Part shown: positions 1 to 11,308 of the stretch, piece by piece
Layout of the letters: every line of letters starts with the position of its first letter
How positions within the stretch are numbered: the first letter of the stretch is position 1
Assembly (NCBI GenBank): GCA_973895155.1
Contig: OZ316896.1
Span: 19,518,754 to 19,582,753 of the forward strand
DNA: 64,000 nucleotides
From: Marsupella aquatica
Taxonomy: Eukaryota > Plantae > Marchantiophyta
Direction of reading: 5' to 3'
Position numbers and translations under genes: made by a program
The notes under the pieces: generated by a model
What the model was told of the DNA's origin: nothing
Seen by the model: only the letters and a program-made list of their open reading frames with translations
Database searches by the model: none

Positions 1-1639
1 TGGGAAAATAGTGTCCAATTGCTTTTGGAAGGAGGCCTCAAGTTTACTAATTAAGGACTCCTCAAGTAGTTTTTCTAGGCACCCCTACCAACTCTAAACA
101 CCTGGAGTGGTCTTTTGGCAAACTTGCAGGCATTTATTTGCACAACTTTTGCATCTTTGTCAAAACTCAACATTTTCAAATATGTTCTCTGATGTCCCAC
201 CTACTACCTCACAAAGTATGAAACTTTTCTGAGGTCATTTGCTCCATTTCAGACAAGTGCAAAAAGTAGTTCATGCATGACCAACCCAATTACCATTTTG
301 GGGAATTTGTGGGCAATCATGAGGAACAACTTACCACCAGGTGAACAAAATAAGATCAGCTGCAAACAGACAGGGGCCCGTTTGATCATATTTCAGTCAA
401 ATCCATAAAAGGTCCGGGTAAAAGGTGCACACTTCTTGTTGCAGCCATGAGTTTGTCATTCATTGCCGAAGTGTTGCCTTCCAAGAACTTTTGTCTTTCC
501 TCTAGGCACTTTCTATGATTTTTCTTGAGTTATGCTTTTTCCTTCCTCCCTTGCTTGTGCATATTTTACTCATGAATTGCTATAATTTTCTTAGTCTAAG
601 TCCCTTTCCACCACCCACGTGAGTCGGAGAGGGCCTGTAGTGTTTGACAGGCCCATAGAGGAGTCGGAGGAGGAGTTTGGAGTCAGGGTGATCAAGGGGG
701 ATCGGCTGGCCACAGAGTCAGTTGTGAGGACAGGGCTGGGCAAGGGAGGCAAGAGTGGGAATTTTCAGAAAATAATCAATATTTGAAAAACCAACCCAAA
801 AACCATTCAACAACCTGGATTTTGTGCAGTATAGTCATGAGGTAACTACAACAATGCTTTTCCAAAGGCAAAAGCCCCAGCAAAAGCTTCTCTTTTTGGG
901 TTTTTTTAAAAGGGGGAGGCGTAGAGACCAAACAATGTTAGGTAAGGAGACAAAGGCCACCCAAGAAAAAAGAACAGAAAGGACCCTAGGCACAGAGGCC
1001 GCACACACGTGGCCAAAAAATCTATATAACGGCCACACTGATACACTCTTCACTATAATGTGGGTACTACTGTCTATTTAACACTTCTGCAATGACAACC
1101 TGAAACTGTTTGTGTGCTGTTTTTGTGCTAACAACACTTCCAAAATGACAACCTGACATGGTGTGTGTGCTAACTGTAGGGTCTCAAAGCTTCAAAGTAA
1201 GTTGCAGGCAGGGTTGCGGGTGATGGTTTTTGACCATATAAGGGCCATAAACAAATGGCCATTAATATCCTGTTCACAGGGTATGTAACTAGGAGCTTTT
1301 TCTGTTCGGATCTGAACTACTAAGTTAAATTAGGTCCATCAAATCTTGAGTTTTGAGATCCTCGAGTAACACTTTTGCAATGATAACCCAAAAACTTTGA
1401 CACAAACACAATGAGGATTGTGTTGCCAATGGGCTTGCTTGTGTAGTGTAATTAGTTCAAAGACCCATGATTGCTTATGTAAGTTTCAAGATTGTTAGAG
1501 TAGATATATGAGAAGTAAGTTGCATATACTGGAATAGGCCCGGGAATAGGTTTGTATATGAAGATGAGACTGAGGAAAAAAGGGAGGAAAAAAAGGGTAA
1601 ACTTATCATGGTAAGAGTACAACCAACACTGTCTTTCCC

Positions 1640-2035
1640 TTGATTTTCTACTCCTATGCCTATATAGTCCATCTAACATTCATTTCCATAAAATTCATAT
1701 AAATTTTACAGTAGCCGAAGGGTTTTTGATGTTCTTTGTATTCCTTTGTCCATAGTAGCCAAAGGATTTCTTATGTTCCGGCTTTGTCCATGGTAGCCAA
1801 AGGGTTTCCGATGCTCCCTTCATATTCTTTTGTCCATAGTAGCCCAATAAGTTTTTATGTTCACTTGGTATTCCTTTGTCCATGGTAGTCAATGGGTTTC
1901 TCATGTTATGTAAATGTTAGAGTAGTTGAATAGTTTCTTTTTATCCAAGGTTGTTTCAAAATATTGTCAGTTAAATTAAAAATTCATATAATTTACTGAA
2001 AAACACTAATATATTAATCACAACCCCCATCCAAG
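1640..2035. repeat. Dispersed AT-rich repeat fragment with internal short repeats (ctttgtccatRgtagcc); related copy at about 63450-63710
   Basis: caaaatattgtcagttaaattaaaaattcatataatttactgaaaaacactaatatattaatcacaacccc (~1957-2028) resembles caaaaatttgtcagttaaataaattactcaaactatttattggaaaacactgaaacatcaatcacaaccc (~63630-63699). About 4-5 copies of tgtccatRgtagcc at 1710-1890. Confidence 0.6.
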
Positions 2036-2656
2036 GGTTATTTAGCATTTGCCAAGTTAATTCTTTCTTTATCTAAAGTCTAACTTCTCAGTTTTCTATT
2101 GTTTGTATAAACCCTTTTTTCTTTACCTTGACTCGATCAGACACAAATGATCAAGTTTGGTTTTCTTTTATACCAAACCTTCTTTTGTGATCAATACTGC
2201 TCATTTGCTACACGCAGTTCCAGGTGGCTGCATGCACTTCAAAGGGAGTAGATATTTTCTCAATATTGTCAACACTGAGGAGACTTTAGCAAAGTACTGC
2301 CTATTGACTACTCTACTCCTTCGTTATTATGGGAATAACATGACTCCGCGCCGAGGTGTCACGCATGTTGCTTTCTTTCGTCGTATGTTGGAACAGAACT
2401 CTAGGCGTGAAATATATTGAAGGAAATCATAAATTACTGATTGATGTTCTGCACAGTACACTGCAGGTGTCGTAGGTATGGTACGTGTAAGCCGAATTGG
2501 GGTAATTATGTGTAGTCTGAGCTTCGAGACTGCGTCCAATCTTCAAGTTGGAACTTAGAGCTGTCGGGGTTGCGGGTAAGCAATCACAGTTTGCAAGGTG
2601 ATCAGGTGATCAGGTGACCGTGACCAACACCTTCTATGTAGGCTGGATTTCAATCT

Positions 2657-3242
2657 TTTGTTGTGTATTTCCTGCATCAGCGCTGGATATCTATGTCTAA
2701 GCGCCTGTGAACCTTCGTCGTGAATTTTCCTGCATCAGCGTTGGATCTCTATGTCAATGCTTCTCTGAACCCTTGTTGGGTACTTTCGTGCATCAGCGTT
2801 GGATCTCTATGGCAAAAGCGTCTGTGAACCCTTGTTGTGTATTTTCTAGCATCAGCTTTGGATCTCTATGTCAAAGCGCCTGTGAACCTTTGTTGTGAAT
2901 TTTCCTGCATGAGCGTTGGATCTCTATGTCAATGCGTCTGTGAACCCTTGTTCGGTAATTTCGCGCATCAGCGTTGGATCTAGAGCTATGGCAAACCGTC
3001 TGTGACCCCTTGTTGTGTATTTTCTAGCATCAGCGTTGGATCTCTATGTCAAATCGTCTGTGAGCGTTTGTTGTGTATTTTCCTGCATCAGCGTTGGACG
3101 TCTATGTCAAATTAAGCGTCTGTGAACGTTTGTTGTGTATTTCCTGCATCAGCGTTGGATCTCTATGTCAAAGCGTTTGTGAACCCTTGTTGTGTATTTT
3201 CCTGCATTAGCGTTGGATCTCTATGTCAAAGCGTCTGTGAAT
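2657..3242 (+). repeat. Minisatellite, 10 x ~58 bp, immediately upstream of ZNFX1-like copy 1
   Basis: Unit approximately ttgttgtgtattttcctgcatcagcgttggatctctatgtcaaagcgtctgtgaacc. Ten gcatcagcg-type cores occur at about 58-62 bp spacing, with no unique spacers. Confidence 0.95.
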
Positions 3243-3323
3243 CTTCATGGCAATTCGGGACACTTAGGTCTTGCCATTAGATAGCGTAGTTGTAAATGCT
3301 ATAGCTAAGTGGCGTCTGCAGCG

Positions 3324-6300
3324 ATGGATAAGGATAATTTCATGCGAGTGAAGCTTACTTTTGGAGCGAAATGCAAACTAGCGAAGTTGCAGAAGGCAGT
3401 CGATACGAGTGTCTCGTCAATGAAGAATTTGAGGAAGCTCATCTTCAAACACTTTCCGGAGATTGAAGAAATGGTGGACCGTCCCCCAAGGACAATAGGT
3501 GTATTTTCACCGACCCACCTGTTGACAATTAAGTGCAAAGATACCGTGGGAGACTATATTACCCTGGAAAGTGACGACGATCTGGATGCCATGGAATTAT
3601 TGCAGTATAGCAATGTTGATTTCTGCATCGAAGTCATTCCGATACCTTCCGATCGGTCACCGGGGTTTTCTTCAAGTCGTCGGTCGATACCTTCCGATCG
3701 GTCACCGGGGTTTTCTTCAAGTCGTCGGTCCGACGAAGCACCTTTTCGCAACAAGAGTATGACTTATTCCCGAAAACTCCAATCCAATGTTTCCAGACAC
3801 GGTGAGGCTTCTCGATCTGCCCATGATCCGGGCCCCTCAAATTCTCATCCTGAAACGACCAATTCTGCCGCTGTCGACGTCCAACAACCGGTCAGAGGAT
3901 CTGGATCAGAGGATAGATGGTACAGGACTTCAAGTGTTGGCCATCCAAGTCGTCCAGCTGGATTATGGCAGGAAGGGGACTACAATTACTGGCTCAACCA
4001 TCAGGTTGGATTAGACTCTGCAACCAACATTGCGGACCTGAGTGGAGAGAACGGTTATCCGATGCTCTCTAAGTTCGTCAATCGAACCAATCTGCCCCAC
4101 AAGACGATAGCTCTCTTCGTGAAGCTTCTGGCTCGGGAGGAAATCAGAACAAGCTTGCTACGGCAGCAGACCAACAAAATCTACGGAGCTCTGACCGGGA
4201 CGCCTTTCTTGCTCCAGCTGAATGATCATGTTGCATCTCACCTAGGGATGCTCCCAAGCCTCAAGCCGCAAGACGTAAGGCCGTATCTGGCATTGACAGA
4301 GGAGGTGCAGTCGCGCACAATGGAAGGATGGAAAGAAGTTCCATTGAATGGACTGAAACTTGTCGTCTTGGAGTTGGAGGAAAGCACCGCCAAGGATGAT
4401 CTCGTGGCATTTGTCACTCGCCTGACCGATCAGTATGAAGGGCTACAAAGATTGTGCTCTCTCACTCCAGCAAAGCAAGAACAATTTCAGGTGTGTATGC
4501 ACTGCATCCCGCAACCCCCATATTTTAGCAGATGGATAGAAAGAATGGTTAAGCAGTAGGGTGCTCGAATGCATTCAACCTGAGCCAGTATCATCTGCGT
4601 AAATCTTTGACCGTATGAATGGATAGAGCTTGGTACGTACTTAGATGTGCTACAGTATATCACCAGAACTAATTGAACATGGGCGCCAAATAATGTGAAG
4701 AGATATAACTGGTCCGCTTATGTTTGCAGGGGCAAAACTTTCGAACAATATCAATCGTGCCGGGTAAAGAAGAACTTGTAGAAGTCCAAAGCAAGCAGAA
4801 ACTCCCCGTGATCGGCATCAGGATTCAATACTCCAGAGTCACTGATTACCTAGAAACTCATTTTCGGCTTCTGAGGGAAGATTGTATTGACCCCCTCCGA
4901 CAAGGAATCAAGAGATATCGTAGCGGTCACAACAATACAGCAGGCAATGGTCAGAATTCCGACCGTAATGCTATCCTGGATTTGAGAATCTATCTAGGAG
5001 TGAAGCTTGCTGCAATTCAATGTGGCGATGAGGGAGTGGAATACGTTGTATCTTTCCACCTTCCTACAAGTGAGAGGACCGCTGAGAATTGGGAGTCGTC
5101 CAAAAGGTTGATGTTTGGCGCTCTTCTGTGCATTTCGTCCGACCAGTTCCAAACATTTTTCATAGGAGTTGTGGCTCGCAGAGATGCGAAGGAACTAGCA
5201 AAAGGACTGGTCGGTATTCGTATCATTGGGGATAGTGATGCCAAATTCATAGGAGGACTCGAGAAGGAACGGGCTGCAAGCAAGGCATATGTTATGGTAG
5301 AGTCAACTGCTTCGTATTTCGAAGCATACCACCATGTGCTGAAGACATTGCAAGGACAGGAGATGGAGAATATCCCATTCACCCCACATCTGCTTCACCT
5401 GGAGCCCAGGGTGAGCCCACCATCCTACTTGCAGCGGAGACAGGGTGGCGACGAGTACGATTTCAGCTGTGCGTTTTCAGACATTCACGAAAAGCTTGGT
5501 AAGACATGCTTTCGAATTACGCAGTCTGAGTGGCCCAGGGGCTGGACAGAGTCTCTGGATAGGGCTCAACAGGATGCTTTGAAACAGGGGTTGACAAAGG
5601 AGTTGGCCATCATTCAAGGGCCTCCTGGGACAGGTAAAACTTTTCTGGGGCTCATCCTCGTCAAGATCTTGCTCGCCAATCTAAAACAGAGCCCAGGTCG
5701 ACCAGTCCGGACACGGGATTTGCCGGACGAAGAAGCAAGGGACTTGACTGGTCCGATTCTGATCATTTGCTACACCAATCACGCTCTTGACCAATTTCTG
5801 GAGGGCATCTACAGAGATGGAGAGGAAAATTTAATCCGCATTGGCGGACGAGGCAAGAGCATGGTATTGAGGGAAAATACTTTGCAGACCCGACTTAGAG
5901 AGCAAAGAGATCATCGTGAAGTAGACAGAAACCACCACCGTCTCGCTGGAAGGGAAAGATGTAACAAAGACGTACTGAATTTCAAGATCGAAGAATGCAC
6001 TAACGCCATGAGGGTCCAAGTCGTCACGAACGATATGCTTGAAGGAATTGCGACTTGGGAGCAGAGGCAGAGTTTGTTCGGGATAGATCAACGGCTCAAA
6101 AGGCCATCCACGCAAACTGTCATAGTATGGCTGACTGAGACCGATCCATACCTGGCTCAGCATTTTCTAACTATCGATCAAGAGAATGATAAGTCAGAAA
6201 ATGGTGAGCCAAGGAACAATGAGTCAACTGCTACGAGACTGCCTGCTGACAAGCCGTCGAGGGCCCTGATGAGGGTCCTGCAGAACTCAGACCCTCATGA

Positions 6301-9300
6301 AGACAGAGACTGGACGCAAGTACGGAGAAAGAGACTTCCAGGTCCCTGGGGAGGTGCCTCACGTGAAGGTGCTGATGTTCCTGTTCATGAATTAGACCTC
6401 ATGGAGCAAGGCGAGGATCCTGATGGTGGAATTGCTCAGAGGGGTGACATTGCAGAAGCAGGGGGGCCAATAGCATGCAATAACCCCAATCAAGTTGCTC
6501 AACTTGAAGATGGAGGTCCCATCGAAGACTCTCTTCGTTTTGCTCCAGATGTATGGCAATTGACTCTCTGGCAACGAAATATGTTGCACGAGCATTGGCT
6601 GGAAGAGAAAAGGAAAATCCACCGAGAGGAGTTGAGGACGCTGACCGAACAATACGAGGAGGCTTGCAAGGGCGTCAAGGAAGTAGAAAATGAGATCAAA
6701 CTTTCCGTGCTGCGGAAGGCGAAGGTCGTTGGCATGACTACAACAGCCGGGGCCAAACACCACGACGTATTGAAGTCCTTGAAGCCAGAGGTTGTCATTG
6801 TAGAGGAAGCAGCAGAAGTTCTCGAGGGTCACATCTTGGCTTGCCTCAGTCCTTCTGTTAAGCACCTGATTTTGATTGGTGACCACATGCAGCTAAGGCC
6901 ATCAGTGGCAGTCTACGAGCTAGCCATAAGGAACAAACTAGACGTATCTATGTTCGAACGTCTCGTCAGGAGTGGTGTGGAGCATGTCACCCTGCAAGAG
7001 CAACGCAGAATGAGGCCCAATATCTCAAAATTAGTGAGAGGTCTCTACCCCGGATCGAGAGATCACGATTCAGTAGCTCTGTACGGAGATGTATCAGGAA
7101 TGAAGTCGAATGTCTTCTTCTTTGATCATAAAGCAGAGGAAGAATACAGGCGTAATGCCGGCGGAAGCAAGGTGAATTCTGAAGAGGCTATGCTTGTTGT
7201 GGAGCTCTGTTTGTACCTTTTGAATCAAGGCTGCTATAAACCGGAGAACATTGCCATACTTTCCATGTACACGGGTCAGTTGCAAGAGGTAAACAGACTT
7301 CTTGCCCCAAGGATTCACAGCAGGATTTCTATTAAGGCACTCGCAGCTCAGTCGTGCCAAGATTCAGGAGCAAAAGATAGTAACCTTCTTCCTCGTGTCA
7401 GCAGCGTGGATGACTATCAAGGTGAAGAGAGCGACATTATAATCTTGTCACTAGTGCGGAGCAATTCTATTGTCACCAAGGCAGGAGTGGGGAAGATAGG
7501 ATTTTTGAATATTTCCAATAGAATATGTGTGGCCTTAACGAGGGCCAGAAAGGACTTATTCATCTTTGGGAACGCCGATCTCCTAGCCGAGAAAAGCACA
7601 TTATGGAAAGACGTAACAACAAGCATGCGGAACAGTGGAGAGCTTGGCTCACAATTGGAATTGTACTGTCAAAACCATCCTGACACTGTAACCAGGATTA
7701 CAACAGCGAAGGATTTCAAGCAGGTCGAAGATGGAGGTTGCACTTTACCTTGTGACTTTCAATTCCCTTGTGGGCATGCCTGTCCCAGGCGTTGCCATCC
7801 CGCATCCCACGATCGGATCTTATGTCTCAAGCCTTGCTTAAGACAGCACGATAGATGTTGTCACTCGTGCAATCTTCGATGCCATGGATCTAAAGAGTGC
7901 CCTCCTTGTAAAGTTGTTGTCACGAAGAATATGCCGCACTGCGAACATGAGCAAGGAATGGAGTGCTCGAAAGATCCCACTAAAGAAGTATGCAAGAGTG
8001 TCTGTGGAAAGAATCTGGAATGCGGCCACCCGTGTAGAAGCTTGTGCGGAAGGCCATGCACGACATCTTGTGCAGAGAAAATAATGAAAACGCTGCCATG
8101 TGGGCATTCCGCCAGGATGGCATGTCACCAAGACCCAGGGACCTTCTCCTGTGGCGAACCATGTCAAGCACTTCTCTCAGACTGCCAACACCGATGTCAA
8201 GGGACTTGCGGGACCTGTAAACAAGGGGAAGTTCACATCCCGTGTCAGCAAAAATGTGGTCGTACCCTTCCATGTGGTCATCCTTGCGAAGCTGGGTGCT
8301 CTCTGAGCTGCCCTCCATGTCGTAAGAGATGTCAAAAGAAGTGTTTGCATAGCAGATGCTCGGAATCATGTGGAAATTTATGTACACCTTGCCAGGAACC
8401 ATGCTCGTGGCAGTGTGAGCATCACAAGTGCGAGAAAAGGTGTCATGAGATTTGCACGAGACCTCGATGCGACCTTGCGTGTCCTAAGCTGATTCCCAAG
8501 TGCGGTCATCGTTGTATAGGCCTGTGTGGCGAACCGTGTCCCAAGAAATGCCGAGTTTGTCACCCTCAGACTCTCGACATCATAATGAGAATGAGTCTGG
8601 AAGAATACGAGGAATCTGATAGGTTTGTTCAACTTCAAGACTGTGGTCACATTTTCGAAGTTAGCGGCCTTGACACTTGGATGGACTCCAATGAAACAAC
8701 TCAGGTCGACGGGTCTGTAGCTATCAAATTGAAGGAATGGTACGTGAAATTTGCTTTGACTCGATATTTATAACTAATAATTGTGTCTAATTTACATCAG
8801 TAGGTGCATGACTTCCTCGCTTAGAACTCCATTGATTCTTCCAAAAACAATCTTTGTCGATTGTTGAAGCTGAACATAAACCTCACTCGCTCCTGAGTAT
8901 TTTTGCACCTCACAGACCAATAGATCTCCTTCGAGTTCATGTGGACCGTCAGTTGTCTCCATGATCATCTTTGTAAAGTATGTTCAATGACATCCTGGCA
9001 AATTATTTTGCAGTCCCGAGTGCAGAACTTTAGTATGGAGAACGCACAGGTATTCCAATGTGGTCAAAAGGAAGCATTCACAAGTGGAGGCCGTGAAGGA
9101 GAAGATGCTTGGACACGAGCTTTTAAAGGAAGGGCATGCTTTGTTGAGATATGGAGATCACATGGGTGCAATACATGCCTTCCATCAAGCATTGCAGCGG
9201 AACCCGGACTTGATGGAGGCTCATTTCGGAATTGGTAGTGCTTTCTTGGCGAGACGTGCATATCACAACGCAATCACACACCTCAGTCTCATAGTTGAGC

Positions 9301-9797
9301 AAAGCTCGTTCGCAGCGCCGCTAGCAAAGCAGATCGAAACTGCTCAGCGACACTGCAATGCTTCTGGCTTCCTTGACAAGCACTATCGTAGATCGACACG
9401 AAGAGCCGGGGATTGTATCGCAATTCGAGCGGTGGTGCAGTGGGCGTCGGCTGTCACGCAAAGGAAAGAGTTCACCAGCGCGGTAGAGCTCTGCAATGCA
9501 GTATTAGAAAGAGATCCTGAGAATGAAATGGCAAAAGAGATCAGAGAGAACGCACAGCAAGGACAGGTGCTGCAGGTAGTGGTGCAAGCCATGGCAGGGG
9601 ACGTAGGAGGGCGAGGGCATTGGTATACTTGTCCCAATGGTCACTTCTACACCATTGGGGAATGTGGAGGAGCCATGCAGAGTTCAAATTGCCCTGACTG
9701 CAAAGCTGTCGTAGGAGGGGGACAGCATCGACTCGCAGCAGGCAACAGGCACTCAGACATTGATGGATCTGCGAATGCTGCATGGCCTGGGAATTGA
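3324..9797 (+). CDS. ZNFX1: ZNFX1-like SF1 RNA helicase / RZ-finger E3 ligase, copy 1 (intact, about 1986 aa)
   Basis: Exons 3324-4490, 4730-8739 and 9014-9797, with GT-AG introns and a continuous frame (5961 nt). Helicase motifs: IQGPPGTGKT, CYTNHALDQF, VEEAAEV, LIGDHMQLRP, VDDYQGEESD, RICVALTRAR. Cys/His-rich NF-X1 repeats (CGHACPRRCH, CGHPC...). ZNFX1-type RING-like segment FVQLQDCGHIFEVSGLD...IKLKE/CPECR spans intron 2. TPR-like helices follow, then C-terminal RZ finger GHWYTCPNGHFYTIGECGGAMQSSNCPDCKAVVGGGQH. N-terminal PB1-like segment (RVKLTF...KDTVGDYITLESDDDL). Confidence 0.92.
3640..3730 (+). repeat. Exact in-frame 45-bp tandem duplication (IPSDRSPGFSSSRRS x2) in exon 1 of copy 1
   Basis: cgataccttccgatcggtcaccggggttttcttcaagtcgtcggt at 3640 and 3685. 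Copy 2 has a single unit. Confidence 0.95.
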
Positions 9798-10803
9798 GCA
9801 AACAGTTTGACGATCTTTGTCTTGTCATAAACGGTCGTTGTATGTGTTTCTGAGTGGGTATACCTCGATGGACAAACTGCACATCAAGCATGATCAATCT
9901 TGCTTGTAAATGTACTTCAATATTTACAGACAAGTGTGAGAGGGGCAGCGTTTGACCTTCGTTTTGGAGTTCGAATTATGTATTGAATTTCTTGAATCTA
10001 CAAATGCTATAAAGTCCTCGCTTTAAACTTTATTCGTGATCCAGTACTGTAACGGCAAGGCTCATGGTGTGCTGGAGCCCTGGACGTCTATCCATACGGA
10101 TTAACTTCTAATTGGTTTTCCCAGACCCGACCTATGAGTATATATTCTGCTTGAATCGTTCGGCAACAGCCTTTCTGAAGTCTACATATGATTGGAATGT
10201 ATTCTCATCCGGTGGATACTGACCCATGAATAAAACGTCGTCGCTGGATTGCTTTACATGAGATTTGCGTTGATACTCTATTGCTGCGGGGTGAGCCAGG
10301 CTCGTGTTGTTCCACAGAATTATTGGGAAGAGATCGAGGTCATCATGATTTCACACCTCAGAATCAGCGACGACAATTCCACATTCCAATATTCCAAATA
10401 GCCACTTTGATACACCCTAATGTGCTTCTCCTCAAGTTTATCTTCCCACGGCAGGATTTTGTTCGTGCAAGCCAGCGGAACGTTCTAATTTCAGCTCACT
10501 TCTTTTAGTTCCTCTTTCTTGGTTTTTAGTGTTTCCTTTTGCTCACTTTTTTTGCCTTTGGTTTTGTCCACTTGGGACCTCTCTTGTTTATTCTTTTGTA
10601 CTCTATTTGGCCTTTTTTGTAAAAAATATGTGTATATTCTTCTTATAATAATTTTTTAACTTGATAGAAAATATCGATTGCACGGAAATATCAATTTAGA
10701 CTCGATAAGCTAAGTAACGAGTGTCTAAGTACTATGCGTCCGAAATCCAGGACACTGCTCATCTTTGATAAGATTTAACTGGCATTCCAAAATCAGGTTG
10801 CAT

Positions 10804-11308
10804 GAACTTAAAGCCCCGATGGACACAGACCTTTGGCAAAATGCTCGAATGGACACAATGCTCGAATGGACACAGACAACCCGGATGGACACAACCTGAA
10901 CTTGGGATTTTGCCAGGATAACATACATTTCATGTGTGCTCCAGTAGTGACCACTTGGGATTTTGCCAGGATAACATACATTTCATGTGTGCTCCAGTAG
11001 TGACCACTTGGGATTTTGGCAGTATAACATACATTTCATGTGTGCTCCAGTAGTGACCACTTGGGATTTTGCCAGTATAACATACATTTCATGTGTGCTC
11101 CAGTAGTGACCTGTAAGGGGCTTTTGGATATATTTATGTAATACTTTTAAAACAAGAATAAATTAGTTTTGGGTGACTTGGTACCGGGTAATAAAAGCTC
11201 CCATGGACACAAACCTTTGCTTGACTACCTTGATGGACACAGACAAATTAAGTTGGCTGCATAGTTAAGTTAGGTGTGTGTCCATGGGAGCTTTAAGTTC
11301 TGGTACCC
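10804..11308. mobile_element. Non-autonomous TIR (MITE/Mutator-like) element remnant enclosing a 53-bp tandem array
   Basis: gaacttaaagccccgatggacacagacct (~10804) is the imperfect reverse complement of aggtgtgtgtccatgggagctttaagttc (~11272-11300). A second left-arm copy sits at ~11180-11216, and atggacaca motifs recur. No clear TSD found. Confidence 0.6.
10901..11111 (+). repeat. Tandem repeat, 4 x 53 bp
   Basis: cttgggattttgccagKataacatacatttcatgtgtgctccagtagtgacca at 10901, 10954, 11007 and 11060, nearly identical. Confidence 0.95.

Noticed and set aside
2657-3242. Regularly spaced repeats resembling a CRISPR array
   Set aside because: The whole unit repeats with no unique spacers, there are no cas genes, and the context is eukaryotic. 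It is a minisatellite.
5017-8650. Numerous minus-strand ORFs conserved between the two paralogs
   Set aside because: They are shadows of the sense coding sequence and share similarity only because the genes are duplicated.
3309-9797. Three separate genes (416, 1349 and 245 aa ORFs) forming an operon-like system
   Set aside because: GT-AG introns join them in frame into one ZNFX1-like protein, and the RING motif is split across intron 2.
10901-11111. Second CRISPR-like array
   Set aside because: Contiguous, near-identical 53-bp units with no spacers.
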